64,000 nt of DNA from an uncultured Chloroflexia bacterium (lineage in GTDB: Bacteria > Chloroflexota > Anaerolineae > Anaerolineales > UBA11858), in contig CAWHCC010000008.1 in assembly GCA_963827805.1 (NCBI GenBank), positions 26,921 to 90,920 of the forward strand, written 5' to 3'. The position numbers and the translations under genes are program-made. The notes below the pieces were generated by a model that did no database searches, was not told the DNA's origin, and saw nothing but the letters and a program-made list of their open reading frames with translations. Within the stretch, counting starts at the first letter, position 1. Every line of letters begins with the position of its first letter. Shown piece after piece: positions 40,544 through 51,296 of this stretch.

Positions 40544-42718
40544 ATGGTGATCCATACGCCTGTGCAAGAATTAAAGGCCGCCCACCGCCAATTGGCGGAA
40601 TACCACTACGAGCTTCGACCTGTGGAGCGCGGCTATGCTAACCGCACGCTGTATATCAATCTGGAAGATAACTCTTTTGAAGTGCGCCCCGTCACCCAAC
40701 AGATGAAAGATCTATTCACCGGCGGGCGCGGCTTTGCACTCAAACTTTTGTGGGATGCAGTTGATTCCGACACTACCTGGGAAGACTCCAAAAATGAGCT
40801 GGTGATCGCCAACGGTCCCATTTGTGGAATCACAGCCTACCCAGGCAGTGGTAAAGCTACTGTCGTGACTCTCTCACCGCTGACCCACAATGTGATTGAC
40901 AGCAATGTGGGTGGATATTTCGCCCCGTTTTTGAAATTTGCGGGATTCGACGCCCTGGAAATTCAAGGGAAAGCCGCCGAAGATGTGATTATTTTCATTG
41001 ATGGGGATACCGGTAAAATCACCATTGAAACGGCCCCGCTCGAAATGGTTGATTCTCACCTTTTGGGGAATGTGCTCACCGAGATGTACGCTGACGATGA
41101 AAAAGGCAAGCGCGGCATCTCGGTCATGACGGCTGGGGATGCGGCCGAACATATCCGCTATGCCTTGATCAACTGCACCTTTTACGATGTACGCCGCAAA
41201 GAGATCCGTTTGAAGCAAGCCGGCCGCGGCGGTGCGGGAAGAGTCTTCCGCGACAAAAAGATCAAAGGCCTGGTGGTGCGCTACAGCCATATGCGCGGTA
41301 ACAGCAACGGGCCCGCGGATATGGATTTAGTTCGTAAGGCAGGACGGCGCATCAACAAAGAGATCACCGAACTCGATGATGTGCAAAACCAGATGCGCAA
41401 AGTTGGCACCGCCAATATCGTCGAAACGATGGATCACTTCCACCTGCTGCCGACGCACAATTTCCGCTACGGCACCCACCCCGAGACCCCCAAGATCGAC
41501 TCCTCCGTTTGGAAAGCCCGCTTCACCCAAGGACTCCCCGATGGCTGCTGGCTGGGATGTACGATGTCTTGCTCTCATGGTGTTGATGGTTTCCCTGTCC
41601 AAACTGGCCCTTATGCTGGAACCGAGGTTTTGGTCGACGGCCCCGAATACGAGAACGCCGCCGGGCTGGGCTCCAATATCGGCAACTTCGATCCGCAGAT
41701 TTTGCTGGAACTCAATTTCTACTGCGACACTTACGGCATTGATACAATCTCCTTCGCCAACTGCTGTGCCTTCGCCATGGAATGTTACGAAGAGGGCATC
41801 CTGACCACCGAACATACCGGCGACCTGGAACTCAATTTTGGCAATGGGCTCGCGGCTTTAGAGTTATTGCACCAAATGGCGCGCGGCGAAGGGTTCGGAG
41901 TGACAGTCGGCCAAGGCGTGCTGTACATGAAAAAATATTTCGCTGAAGAGTTTGGCGGTGACCCCGATTTTCTGCACGATATTGGCATGGAAGTCAAAGG
42001 TATGGAGATTTCTGAGTACGGCACCAAAGAATCGATTGCCCAGCAAGGCGGTTACGGGCTGGCCACCAAGGGCGCACAGCACGATGAGGCCTGGCTGATC
42101 TTTATGGATCAGGTGCACAACCTCCTGCCCACTTTCGAAGACAAGGCCGAGGCGCTGCACTACTTCCCAATGTGGCGTACCTGGTTCAGCCTGCACGGGC
42201 TGTGCAAACTCCCTTGGAATGACATCTCTCCGGAAGGCAACAGTGAGACCGCCGAACCCGCCAAAGTGGAGGAGCACGTCGAAAACTACACCTGGATCCA
42301 TGAGGGTGTCACCGGCATCCCCACCACCGCTCAAGATTTACTCGACCAATCTGAACGGGTCTACAATTTCCAAAAGGTATTCGCCATTCGTCAGGGTCGG
42401 GTGGGCCGCCAGCATGATTATATTCCCTACCGCGCGATGGGGCCCGTCACCACCGACGAGTACGAATCACGTGCGGAGCTTTACGATACGCAGCTGCGCG
42501 ATATTGTTGAGGTTGATCCCGAAAATCTGAGTGTTACTGAGAAAATGGCACATCTCCGCAAATACCGCGAAGATCAGTATGAACTGCTGCTCGATGCGGT
42601 TTACAAGCGCCGCGGCTGGGATAACGACAGCATCCCCACTGAAAAGAAATTGCAGGAGTTAGGGATCGATTTGCCCGAAGTAACGGAAGTGATAAAATGG
42701 GCTAAAGGACAAATTTAA
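40544..42718 (+). CDS. Aldehyde:ferredoxin oxidoreductase (AOR) family tungsten/molybdopterin enzyme, long variant of 724 aa
   Basis: The AOR N-terminal domain (YANRTLYINL…FTGGRGFALKLLWD) and the Cys motif region of the Fe-S/pterin-binding domain. Confidence 0.8.
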   Translation: MVIHTPVQELKAAHRQLAEYHYELRPVERGYANRTLYINLEDNSFEVRPVTQQMKDLFTGGRGFALKLLWDAVDSDTTWEDSKNELVIANGPICGITAYPGSGKATVVTLSPLTHNVIDSNVGGYFAPFLKFAGFDALEIQGKAAEDVIIFIDGDTGKITIETAPLEMVDSHLLGNVLTEMYADDEKGKRGISVMTAGDAAEHIRYALINCTFYDVRRKEIRLKQAGRGGAGRVFRDKKIKGLVVRYSHMRGNSNGPADMDLVRKAGRRINKEITELDDVQNQMRKVGTANIVETMDHFHLLPTHNFRYGTHPETPKIDSSVWKARFTQGLPDGCWLGCTMSCSHGVDGFPVQTGPYAGTEVLVDGPEYENAAGLGSNIGNFDPQILLELNFYCDTYGIDTISFANCCAFAMECYEEGILTTEHTGDLELNFGNGLAALELLHQMARGEGFGVTVGQGVLYMKKYFAEEFGGDPDFLHDIGMEVKGMEISEYGTKESIAQQGGYGLATKGAQHDEAWLIFMDQVHNLLPTFEDKAEALHYFPMWRTWFSLHGLCKLPWNDISPEGNSETAEPAKVEEHVENYTWIHEGVTGIPTTAQDLLDQSERVYNFQKVFAIRQGRVGRQHDYIPYRAMGPVTTDEYESRAELYDTQLRDIVEVDPENLSVTEKMAHLRKYREDQYELLLDAVYKRRGWDNDSIPTEKKLQELGIDLPEVTEVIKWAKGQI

Positions 42719-42790
42719 GACCACTTTTTGAATTAGAGAGCAGCCTCGCTGGCAATTTGGCTGGCGGGGCTGTTTGTATAAATTTCCAAA

Positions 42791-43831
42791 ATGCATATGG
42801 AAAACAAACCAACGAAGAAAACCGAAGTTTTTCTTCATGCCATTCGAAGCGGATACGGCATTGAAGTAGATACCTTGCAATTTCTCCTGCGCGGCTGGGG
42901 TGGGGATTGCTACGCTGCTGAAACAAAAAAAGGGGAGCGCTACTTCCTCAAAATACACGATGACGCAACGTATATGGGCACTGCGGCCACGTTGAGGAAT
43001 TTTTATCTCCCCTTGATGGATCAACTCAACACCAAAAGAATTTTGCCCCATATCCCACATCCCATAAAAACACTGGATGATGAATTTAAAATGGGTGTCG
43101 GCTCGAAAGAGTTGGTTCTTACCAATTTCATCGAGGCTGAACTGGTCGGGTTTGGCCACTTGCCTGACCACATTCTGGTTCGGCTGGCAGAAGCCGTCGG
43201 GGTTTTGCACAATAGCCGCGCCCAAATTGAAATCGAGCATCCTTTTACAGAACAGTTCGAAATCTCTTTCGCAGCTGATTTAGTTCGTTCATTCGAGAAG
43301 CTTGCCGCTGTCACAGCCAAAGACAGCCTCGGAACGAAACTGCTGCGCCAGACTCTACTGCCAAATCAGGGTGAAGTGTTGGCTGCGCTCCAATACCTCA
43401 ATGATCTTAAGGCTCAGGTCAAGGAGATCAAGAAACCAATGGTGATCTGTCACACCGACTTGCACGGGGGCAACCTTATGACAGACGATCAGGGAAACCT
43501 TTATATCCTGGACTGGGAAAATGCCTTGATTGCCCCCCCAGAACACGATTTATTTTTCTTCGCGAGTGACGGGCGTTTTTGGGAGTTATTCTTGCCTGCC
43601 TATAAACGTCAATTTGGCCCGGCATCTATCGAGGTAGATATCCTGCGTTTTTATTACTACCGCCGCACGCTGGAGGATATTGCCGGCTTTGTACTGCGCA
43701 TCTTGCAAGGGGAGGGAGAGGAGGCGCGCGACCAGGAAGATATTGGATGGCTCCAGGGAAACTTGAAAGATTTAGGTCGGATCGAACCAACAATTGCAGA
43801 ATTTCAAAAGAAGCTTAAATCTATGTGCTAG
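42791..43831 (+). CDS. Phosphotransferase-family kinase (APH/choline-kinase-like)
   Basis: A Brenner motif HTDLHGGN and a DWE motif. Confidence 0.7.
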   Translation: MHMENKPTKKTEVFLHAIRSGYGIEVDTLQFLLRGWGGDCYAAETKKGERYFLKIHDDATYMGTAATLRNFYLPLMDQLNTKRILPHIPHPIKTLDDEFKMGVGSKELVLTNFIEAELVGFGHLPDHILVRLAEAVGVLHNSRAQIEIEHPFTEQFEISFAADLVRSFEKLAAVTAKDSLGTKLLRQTLLPNQGEVLAALQYLNDLKAQVKEIKKPMVICHTDLHGGNLMTDDQGNLYILDWENALIAPPEHDLFFFASDGRFWELFLPAYKRQFGPASIEVDILRFYYYRRTLEDIAGFVLRILQGEGEEARDQEDIGWLQGNLKDLGRIEPTIAEFQKKLKSMC

Positions 43832-43848
43832 CGGGATGACCTTTAGTA

Positions 43849-45351
43849 TCACCGGCATTTGTTCGCGAGGTGTTCGTTTTCGGCAAAGGATCCAGCCTCT
43901 TCTGGTTCGTATTGCGGGGGATTAATTTCATCAGGGATTGGCGATATGTAAGGTTTATCACCGGTACGCTGCTCAAACTCTTGGCGGATTTTGACGAGAT
44001 GCTCGGGGTTCGCATATATCTCCATTGCGGTAACAGCCATAATTTTGGCGGCGTGCAGCATCCCTTTATGCCCAATCGACATCCCAGAACAAGCCACATT
44101 CCCCCAACTGTGACCGGGGACACCGGTTGGCCAGCAAGCAGTCCAAAGCATGCTTACCGGCACAATCTGACTGAGATCACCGACATCGGTTGAACCCGTC
44201 CCAATGACACTGGCATCTAACGCGGGAAAATTCTGACCCACCAAAGGCTGATCACGGAAACTATCCAGGCCGGCAGCCCTCTCGGGAGATAATTTGTAAT
44301 ACTCAATCGCCGCGTCTATATAATCAGCGTTCGAACCCGGGAAAGCATCGTTGACTTGCTGCGCAAAATCAATTTCTTCTGGTGTAAACTCGATGGGGCC
44401 AATCAACTCCATAGCCTGGTATTGTAAATCCGCCAGATAATGGTTGCTCAACACTGCCGAACACCCTTCTTCAAAAGCAATTTCAACCTCAGTTTCTGTC
44501 ATCATCGCGGCCCCCTCGGCTACTTTGCGGACGCGTTCGACCACTTCGGCCAGATAATCGGGTTTTGCGGCACGGATATAGTAGTAAGCTTCAGCTTTAT
44601 CAGGGACGATATTTGGCGCTTTGCCGCCATCGGTGATGATGTAATGAATGCGCACATCATCCTTGACATGTTCGCGCAGATAATTGACGCCCACATTCAT
44701 CAATTCGACAGCATCTAAAGCTGAACGCCCTTTATGCGGTGATCCCCCAGCATGGGAAGAGCGACCATGAAACCGATAGTAGATGGCGTTAACCCCCACC
44801 ATGCTCCCTTTCGTGGGCATATTCATGCTACCAGGGTGAAAATTAAAGGCCGCGTCCAGATCGTCGAAAGCGCCGGATCGGGCCATGAAAACTTTGCCGC
44901 TACCCTTCTCCTCTGCTGGGCAGCCATAATAGCGCACTGTTCCTGGTTTTCCAGTAGATTTCAATAATTTTTGCACCGCGACAGCCGATGCAACCGCCCC
45001 CGTTCCAAGCAAATTATGCCCACAGCCGTGACCATGCCCATCGGCTTCAAGCGCATCTTTAGCAGGCTGGTTTGTTTGGCTCAACCCTGGTAAAGCATCA
45101 TACTCTCCGATAAAACCAAGAATGGGCTTCCCTTCCCCCCACTCCGCGACAAAGGCCGTATTCAGCCCGCCAATATTCCAGGTGATCGTAAACCCCTTGT
45201 TTTCCAAATAATCCGCCTGCAATCGAGACGATTTAAATTCTTGCCAGGCTACCTCGGGTGTGCGCCAGATTTGATCCGCCATCGCGGTAAAAAATTTTTG
45301 ATTTTCATCCAACCAATTAATGATAGATTGCAGTGATTTATTAGTGTTCAT
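43849..45351 (-). CDS. M20-family amidohydrolase (AbgB/aminobenzoyl-glutamate hydrolase-like)
   Basis: 500 aa with an M20 metal-binding HGHGCGHN-type region. Confidence 0.75.
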   Translation of the reverse strand: MNTNKSLQSIINWLDENQKFFTAMADQIWRTPEVAWQEFKSSRLQADYLENKGFTITWNIGGLNTAFVAEWGEGKPILGFIGEYDALPGLSQTNQPAKDALEADGHGHGCGHNLLGTGAVASAVAVQKLLKSTGKPGTVRYYGCPAEEKGSGKVFMARSGAFDDLDAAFNFHPGSMNMPTKGSMVGVNAIYYRFHGRSSHAGGSPHKGRSALDAVELMNVGVNYLREHVKDDVRIHYIITDGGKAPNIVPDKAEAYYYIRAAKPDYLAEVVERVRKVAEGAAMMTETEVEIAFEEGCSAVLSNHYLADLQYQAMELIGPIEFTPEEIDFAQQVNDAFPGSNADYIDAAIEYYKLSPERAAGLDSFRDQPLVGQNFPALDASVIGTGSTDVGDLSQIVPVSMLWTACWPTGVPGHSWGNVACSGMSIGHKGMLHAAKIMAVTAMEIYANPEHLVKIRQEFEQRTGDKPYISPIPDEINPPQYEPEEAGSFAENEHLANKCR

Positions 45352-45372
45352 ATTTTGGCTCCAAATTTATGG

Positions 45373-46218
45373 TTAGGTTCTATTTATTTGTAGTTTAGAT
45401 TGGTGCCAGACTACGGCTGAGATTTGCCCCGCTTCGCCCGTTAAAACAGGTAACAACGCTTGTAATTTGTGGGGGTCTCCCGTTGTCAGATATTGGATCG
45501 ATCCCCAAGGTATTTCTGTGTCATTTTGCCCGACGCGGCGATTGTTTATATCTTGTAACCCAAGCAAGCGGCCCACCTGACGGGCAATGGCGGGCGCGGG
45601 GTCAATAACTTTTACATCTGGGCCGACAATCTCTTGAATCAGAGGGATCACGAAGGGATAATGCGTGCAGCCCATTACAACTCGGTCGATATGGTGTTGC
45701 ATCATCGGCCGCAGGGCTGATTCAAGGATCGCTCGCGTTGCGGGTGTGTTCAACTCCCCTTTTTCGATTTGTGCCACTAACCCTGGGCAGGTATCTTGCA
45801 GTACAGTGACGCCGTTAGCAAATCGCTCGATCACCAAAAAGTAAAGCTCTCCCTGAAAAGTAGCCGGTGTTGCTAAAACACCGACCACGCCGCTTTGCGT
45901 TTGTTCAGCTGCCGGTTTGACCGCAGGTTCCATACCAACAAAGGATACCTTGGGAAATGTTGAGCGCAAATGATAGAGGGCCGCGGCGGAAGCCGTATTG
46001 CAAGCCACAACCACCAGCTTAACTCCCTGATCTAGCAAAAATTGGGTAATCGCCTCGGAAAAAGATCGCACCTGTTCTAATGGGCGCGGTCCATAAGGAA
46101 CATGCGCCTGATCTGCGATGAAAATCAGATTCTCTAGAGGATATTGGCGGTGAATTTCTCGCAGCACCGAGAGCCCCCCTACCCCAGAATCAAAAATGCC
46201 GATGGGCGCTGAGATCAT
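45373..46218 (-). CDS. murI: Glutamate racemase
   Basis: GIFDSGVGGLSV and CNTAS motifs. Confidence 0.85.
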   Translation of the reverse strand: MISAPIGIFDSGVGGLSVLREIHRQYPLENLIFIADQAHVPYGPRPLEQVRSFSEAITQFLLDQGVKLVVVACNTASAAALYHLRSTFPKVSFVGMEPAVKPAAEQTQSGVVGVLATPATFQGELYFLVIERFANGVTVLQDTCPGLVAQIEKGELNTPATRAILESALRPMMQHHIDRVVMGCTHYPFVIPLIQEIVGPDVKVIDPAPAIARQVGRLLGLQDINNRRVGQNDTEIPWGSIQYLTTGDPHKLQALLPVLTGEAGQISAVVWHQSKLQINRT

Positions 46219-46934
46219 TTTGCAACAGCCTCTACAAAAGCGCGGAATAGGGCCTGCATTGGAGCGGAATCAGGCATCCATTCAGGGTGCCACTGCACTG
46301 CCAGACCAAAGGGATGGTCAGGGAGTTCGATGCTTTCGATCAACCCATCCGGAGCCCAGGCTGTCGGTTTTAAATTTGGGGCCAGGCTCAAAATCCCCTG
46401 ATGGTGCAGGCTGTTGGTTTCAATTCCTTTAGTTGCGAGAATTTTTGCCAAACGGCTATCGTTATCTACCCGAACAGAATGTCCCAAATGATCGCGAGGC
46501 CAATCCGGGTAGTAATTATGTTTCAATGCCTGAGGATGTTCGTCCGCGATATGCTGGTAGAGCGTGCCTCCCAAGGCCACGTTGATCACCTGAAGGCCGC
46601 GGCAAATCCCTAAAAATGGTACGCCATCCGAAACGGATGCCCGCACTAACTGAATTTCTACGCGGTCACGATCTAAATCAACGCTATCCACTTTCGGGGA
46701 TAATTCCATACCGTATTCGCTGGGTTCCACATCGCCCCCTCCAGAAAAAACGATACCATCTACCCGGGAGAGCAACCAGTTGATTTGATCTCCTGGTAAG
46801 CCTAAGGGGATAAGCACCGGTAATCCCCCTGCTCGAGATACCGATTGAACATAGTTTTCACCGAGTGCCAAAATGGGATTGTCGTATTGATTCGTTGTTC
46901 GGTAGGTCGTAATGCCTATCAAAGGTGTTTTCAA
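46215..46934 (-). CDS. Gamma-glutamyl-GABA hydrolase-like class I glutamine amidotransferase (peptidase C26)
   Basis: GICRGLQ nucleophile elbow and catalytic His. Overlaps murI by 4 nt. Confidence 0.75.
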   Translation of the reverse strand: MKTPLIGITTYRTTNQYDNPILALGENYVQSVSRAGGLPVLIPLGLPGDQINWLLSRVDGIVFSGGGDVEPSEYGMELSPKVDSVDLDRDRVEIQLVRASVSDGVPFLGICRGLQVINVALGGTLYQHIADEHPQALKHNYYPDWPRDHLGHSVRVDNDSRLAKILATKGIETNSLHHQGILSLAPNLKPTAWAPDGLIESIELPDHPFGLAVQWHPEWMPDSAPMQALFRAFVEAVAK

Positions 46935-47004
46935 GCTGAACTCCTATAAGCAAAAAAGGGCGCAGCTCTGGGCTGCACCCTTATATTTTACGCTAATTTT
47001 TCGT

Positions 47005-47394
47005 CTAGTTAAATTTTTGCTTGAGACGAGCACTCTTGCCGGTGCGATCACGTAAGAAATATAACTTTGAGCGGCGTACGTGAGAATGGCGATGCACTTT
47101 GACATCCTCAATGCGCGGGGAGCGCATCATGAAGGTTCGCTCAACGCCAATCCCGTTGCTGGCAACGCGACGTACGGTAAAGTTTTCATTCACGCCACCG
47201 TTGCTGCGACGGATGACAACACCTTTAAATTCCTGCACACGCTCGTTATTACCTTCTTTGATGCGCAGAAAAACACTGACGTTATCACCAACCCGCAGAT
47301 CGTCGGGTACGTTGGGGTTTACGGGAGCTTCAACAGCTTTTAAAGTTTCATCCATGGTCTTTGCCTTATCACTTTCATAAGTTTCAATCAACAT
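47005..47394 (-). CDS. rplS: 50S ribosomal protein L19
   Basis: A conserved L19 core (…RVQEFKGVVIRRSNGGVNENFTVRRVASNGIGVERTF…). Confidence 0.85.
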   Translation of the reverse strand: MLIETYESDKAKTMDETLKAVEAPVNPNVPDDLRVGDNVSVFLRIKEGNNERVQEFKGVVIRRSNGGVNENFTVRRVASNGIGVERTFMMRSPRIEDVKVHRHSHVRRSKLYFLRDRTGKSARLKQKFN

Positions 47395-47560
47395 AAAGCC
47401 GCCCTTTGCGGCGCGGCACGGGATTATACCACGCCGAATTTTATTTGCAAAGCGCGCGTTGAAGGGAATTTAAGGGAACTTTACAAGAATAAGTTAAACA
47501 AAGCTTTCCAAGTGCGGTGCTGCTAATTGAAAAACGGCGAGTGTCTTAGCATCAATAAAT

Positions 47561-48031
47561 TCACCAGCTCGAAATCATTTCAAAAACTTGGGCTAAGGCA
47601 ATACGCTCCACGCGTAAAAACTCATCAACATCTCTTTCCAAAGGCGCGGGGGACAGCTCAGTTGCCAGGAAAACGTGCAATAACTCAGTCGAATAACCCG
47701 GAGCAAGAAAAAACGACCCTATGTTTTCAAGTTTCCCGGCTTTCATCCCAATCTCTTCGCGGGTTTCACGCTGGGCACAAACTTCCGGGAGTTCGCCGGG
47801 CTCAAGACCCCCTGCAGGCAATTCTAGCATTTCAATCCCCGCAGCATGCCGATATTGGTGCACAAAACAAATATTGTTATCCGCATCAATTGGTAAAATT
47901 GTAACTGCACCGCTGTGTTCGACAATATCTAACGTTGTTTCACCACCATTTGGCAAACGAACTCTATCCTTGCGCACCGAAAAAATCCGTCCATGGTAAA
48001 TGGATTCGGAATGGATCATTTCAAATTTCAT
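47561..48031 (-). CDS. NUDIX hydrolase
   Basis: A Nudix box GGLEPGELPEVCAQRETREEIG. Confidence 0.8.
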   Translation of the reverse strand: MKFEMIHSESIYHGRIFSVRKDRVRLPNGGETTLDIVEHSGAVTILPIDADNNICFVHQYRHAAGIEMLELPAGGLEPGELPEVCAQRETREEIGMKAGKLENIGSFFLAPGYSTELLHVFLATELSPAPLERDVDEFLRVERIALAQVFEMISSW

Positions 48032-48187
48032 ACGTTCCTCGATCGCTTCAATAATAAATGCTGGGGGAGTATATCACTTTTCAATTGAGTGATACAATTC
48101 TTTGCCACGAGTAATGCGAATATTTAATTCAGCCACACGATTTGTTTCAAGCCGGATTTAAAATTGTTATAAAGAAAGGGATAGCCT

Positions 48188-48562
48188 ATGGAAAGATTTT
48201 TCTTCATCATTGGTTCCATTCTTGCCGGGCTAGCTGTTGCCACAGGCGCATTTGGCGCACACGGTTTACAAAAACTCGTAACCCCGGAGCGTCTTGAAAC
48301 CTGGGATAAAGCTGTCCGCTATCAAATGTATCATGCCCTGGCCCTCCTCCTACTAGCCTGGGCAATCACCCATTGGCCGGAGCAAACAAAATTATTATCA
48401 GCAGGCGGTTGGCTTTTTCTGGCTGGTGTCGTGCTATTTTCAGGAAGTTTATATTTATTGGTCGTCAGCGAAATTAAATTGCTTGGAGCGATCACACCAC
48501 TTGGCGGCGTAGCCTTTGTTGCCGGATGGTTGTGTCTGGTAATTGCTGCCTGGCGAGGATGA
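48188..48562 (+). CDS. DUF423 membrane protein
   Basis: 124 aa with 4 TM segments and the family-like N-terminus. Confidence 0.65.
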   Translation: MERFFFIIGSILAGLAVATGAFGAHGLQKLVTPERLETWDKAVRYQMYHALALLLLAWAITHWPEQTKLLSAGGWLFLAGVVLFSGSLYLLVVSEIKLLGAITPLGGVAFVAGWLCLVIAAWRG

Positions 48563-48614
48563 TTTCTCTGACAATACGTTTATTTGTTTTTACCTTTTAC
48601 TGGTGAGCAAAATT

Positions 48615-49403
48615 ATGAAACCTAACTTACTGCGTCAAAAACTTAATGCGGGTAATCCCACGATCGGAACCCGGGTTCACAATATTTGGCCTTCGATAGT
48701 GGAAGTGATCGGTCATACTGAAACTTACGACTATGTTGAATTCTTGGCAGAATACGCCCCTTATGATCTGGACGCCCTCGACAATTTCTGTCGTGCGGTA
48801 GAACTCTTTGATATGTCATCGATTATCAAAGTTGATCCGGAACAACGCGCCTTTTTAGCCCAGCGAGGTATTGGAGCGGGATTCCAGGGCGTGTTATTCG
48901 CCGATGTGCGCACCGCTGAGGATGCCCGCGAATGTGTGAAAATTTGCCGTCCTGATACTCCCGACGATGGCGGCAGCTTTAGTGTTGCCATGCGGCGCTT
49001 CACTTATATGGATTACGGTGCGACTCCAGAATACGCGCAAGCACTGCGGGATACCGTCGTAATGATCATGATCGAAAAAAAATCCGCCGTCAAACAACTC
49101 GATGAAATCTTAGCCGTAGAGGGCATCGATATGATCCAATGGGGGCCAGCCGATTACTCGATGAATATCGGTAAACCTGGGGAATTGAGTGACTTCGATG
49201 TCACTGCCGCCGAACAACAGGTAATTAAAGCCGCTTTGAAAGCTGGCGTAACCCCGCGGGTTGAGATTGGGCATCCTAGCGAAGCACGCTATTACACCGA
49301 TATGGGCATCCGTCACTTTAGTTTGGGTGTCGACCTGACAATCCTATATGATTGGTGGGCTGATAACGGCGGAGAGCTTCGTTGCATGGTAGGGGACCGC
49401 TAA
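48615..49403 (+). CDS. HpcH/HpaI-family 2-keto-3-deoxy-sugar acid aldolase
   Basis: Start placed at the ATG at 48615. Family-typical N-terminus LLRQKLNAGNPTIGT. Confidence 0.7.
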   Translation: MKPNLLRQKLNAGNPTIGTRVHNIWPSIVEVIGHTETYDYVEFLAEYAPYDLDALDNFCRAVELFDMSSIIKVDPEQRAFLAQRGIGAGFQGVLFADVRTAEDARECVKICRPDTPDDGGSFSVAMRRFTYMDYGATPEYAQALRDTVVMIMIEKKSAVKQLDEILAVEGIDMIQWGPADYSMNIGKPGELSDFDVTAAEQQVIKAALKAGVTPRVEIGHPSEARYYTDMGIRHFSLGVDLTILYDWWADNGGELRCMVGDR

Positions 49404-49444
49404 TGGGACGGAATAGAAGTTCTCGCTAAATAAGGATCACCATT

Positions 49445-50645
49445 GTGAAATTGACATCTGAAGAACAAGCCATCTTGGATGGTGCTCAAGGCCGCGCCGC
49501 GCAGAAAGCGATGGAGATTTTAGCTGCTCTTGGCAAAATCTACGGTGCGAAACAACTCATTCCCGTCACCTCGGTGCAAATTTCGGGGGTCAGTTATGCC
49601 AATCTGGGGGAGGCAGGGCTGCACTGGCTCGCAGAGATGGCAGACGGCTATGGCCGCGCTCAAGTGCTGACAACGCTCAATCCCGCGGGGATGGATATCG
49701 AAAATTGGCAAGCACTCGGCATCAGCCCTGAGTTTGCTGAAAACCAACTGCGTGTCCTCGATGCTTTCGCCCGGATGGGCGTGGTCACTACTGCATCCTG
49801 CACCCCCTATCTGATTGGCAATACACCCCATTTTGGCGAACATATTGCCTGGGCAAAATCCAGCGCTGTCTGTTACGCGAACTCAGTTCTCGGTGCGCGC
49901 ACCAATCGGGAGGGCGGGCCCAGTGCGTTGGCCGCCGCACTGACCGGACGGACACCCGCATACGGCTACCATTTAGACGAAAATCGTCAGCCGACCGTTA
50001 CGTTGAGCGTGGGCGCCCCCATGGATGAGAACTCCGATTTTGGGGCGTTGGGCAAAGTGATTGGCGAAATACTAGAAAGCCGGGATGGCGGCAGAGTCCC
50101 ACTTATTATGGGGGTTGAAATCTGCTTCAGTTGAGAATCTCAAATCTTTCTGCGCATCTGTGGCAACCTATGGCGGGGTGGCACTTTTTCACATGGACGG
50201 GATCACCCCCGAGGCTTCCAGTGTGATTCCGCCAAAAGAGGAGATTCGCATCACTTTTGATGAAATCCAACAAGCGCGCGCCTCCATGATCGATGCCGCC
50301 TCCGCGGATGTCGATTTCGTCAGCTTGGGTTGTCCTCATCTATCGATTAAAGAGATCGCCCGGATTGCAGAATTACTGGCTGGCAAGCGCGTGACCAAAG
50401 AGTTTTGGATCACCACCGCGCGGCCCACCAAACAAATCGCCGACATGATGGGATATTCGGCCATCATTGAAGAGGCCGGGGCAAAATTTGCCGCCGACAC
50501 CTGTTGCGTGGTAGCTCCGATCAAAGGGCGCTTCAAAGCCCTGGCTACCGATAGCGCAAAAGCTTGCTATTATGCCTACGCCAAAAACGAGTTTAACACT
50601 GTCTTGCTTCCATTTGACGAGGTGGTCGAGGAAGCTTTGAGATAA
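49445..50645 (+). pseudogene. Aconitase X (AcnX) type II large subunit (DUF521), split by a 1-nt indel in a G-run near 50100
   Basis: ORFs 49445..50134 and 50085..50645 are consecutive halves of one DUF521 protein. The junction reads …RVPLIMG | LKSASVENLKSFCASVATYGGVALFH…. Confidence 0.65.
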
Positions 50646-50698
50646 AATCCACGAATTAGCATTTATTCGCGAAAATCTGCGGCTGCGAGTTTAAGTTT

Positions 50699-51106
50699 AT
50701 GATCCTAACTGGAAGAACGATATATTCTGGAAACGCTCAGGGAGAAGCGCTGGTAACCTCGCAGGGGATTTCGTTTTTTGGCGGCGTTGATCCAGATACG
50801 GGTGTGATCGTGGAACGCGGCCACGAATTAGAGGGGCGAAGCATCGCTGGAAAAGTACTGGTCTTCTCCACAGGTAAAGGATCGACGGTTGGCTCGTACA
50901 CACTGTACCGGTTGAAACATAATGGGCTGGCCCCAGCCGCAATTATCAACGCGGAATGTGAAACAATCACTGCAGTTGGATGTATCATCTCTGAAATCCC
51001 GTGTATCGATCAATTGGAAATTAACAAGATTCGTAATGGGGATCATTTAGTTCTCAATGCTGCGAAAGCCCGCGTTGAGATTGTCAAATCTCAGAGAAAA
51101 AGCTGA
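50699..51106 (+). CDS. AcnX type II small subunit (DUF126)
   Basis: 135 aa, immediately downstream of the large subunit. Confidence 0.65.
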   Translation: MILTGRTIYSGNAQGEALVTSQGISFFGGVDPDTGVIVERGHELEGRSIAGKVLVFSTGKGSTVGSYTLYRLKHNGLAPAAIINAECETITAVGCIISEIPCIDQLEINKIRNGDHLVLNAAKARVEIVKSQRKS

Positions 51107-51296
51107 AAGAACCACGTTCTTAGTAAGCAGGATAACCTGCGTTTAATCGCCAAGAGTTGGTGGCTGCATCAACCACCAACTCTTAGAGATCCATCCTCTA
51201 ACTAATTTGTCACATTTCGGACTGGCCTGCAGCTCATTGCTGGAATACCAGGTCGAGTTAGTCTTCGATTTTACTCTTACAAACTTGAACTATTGA

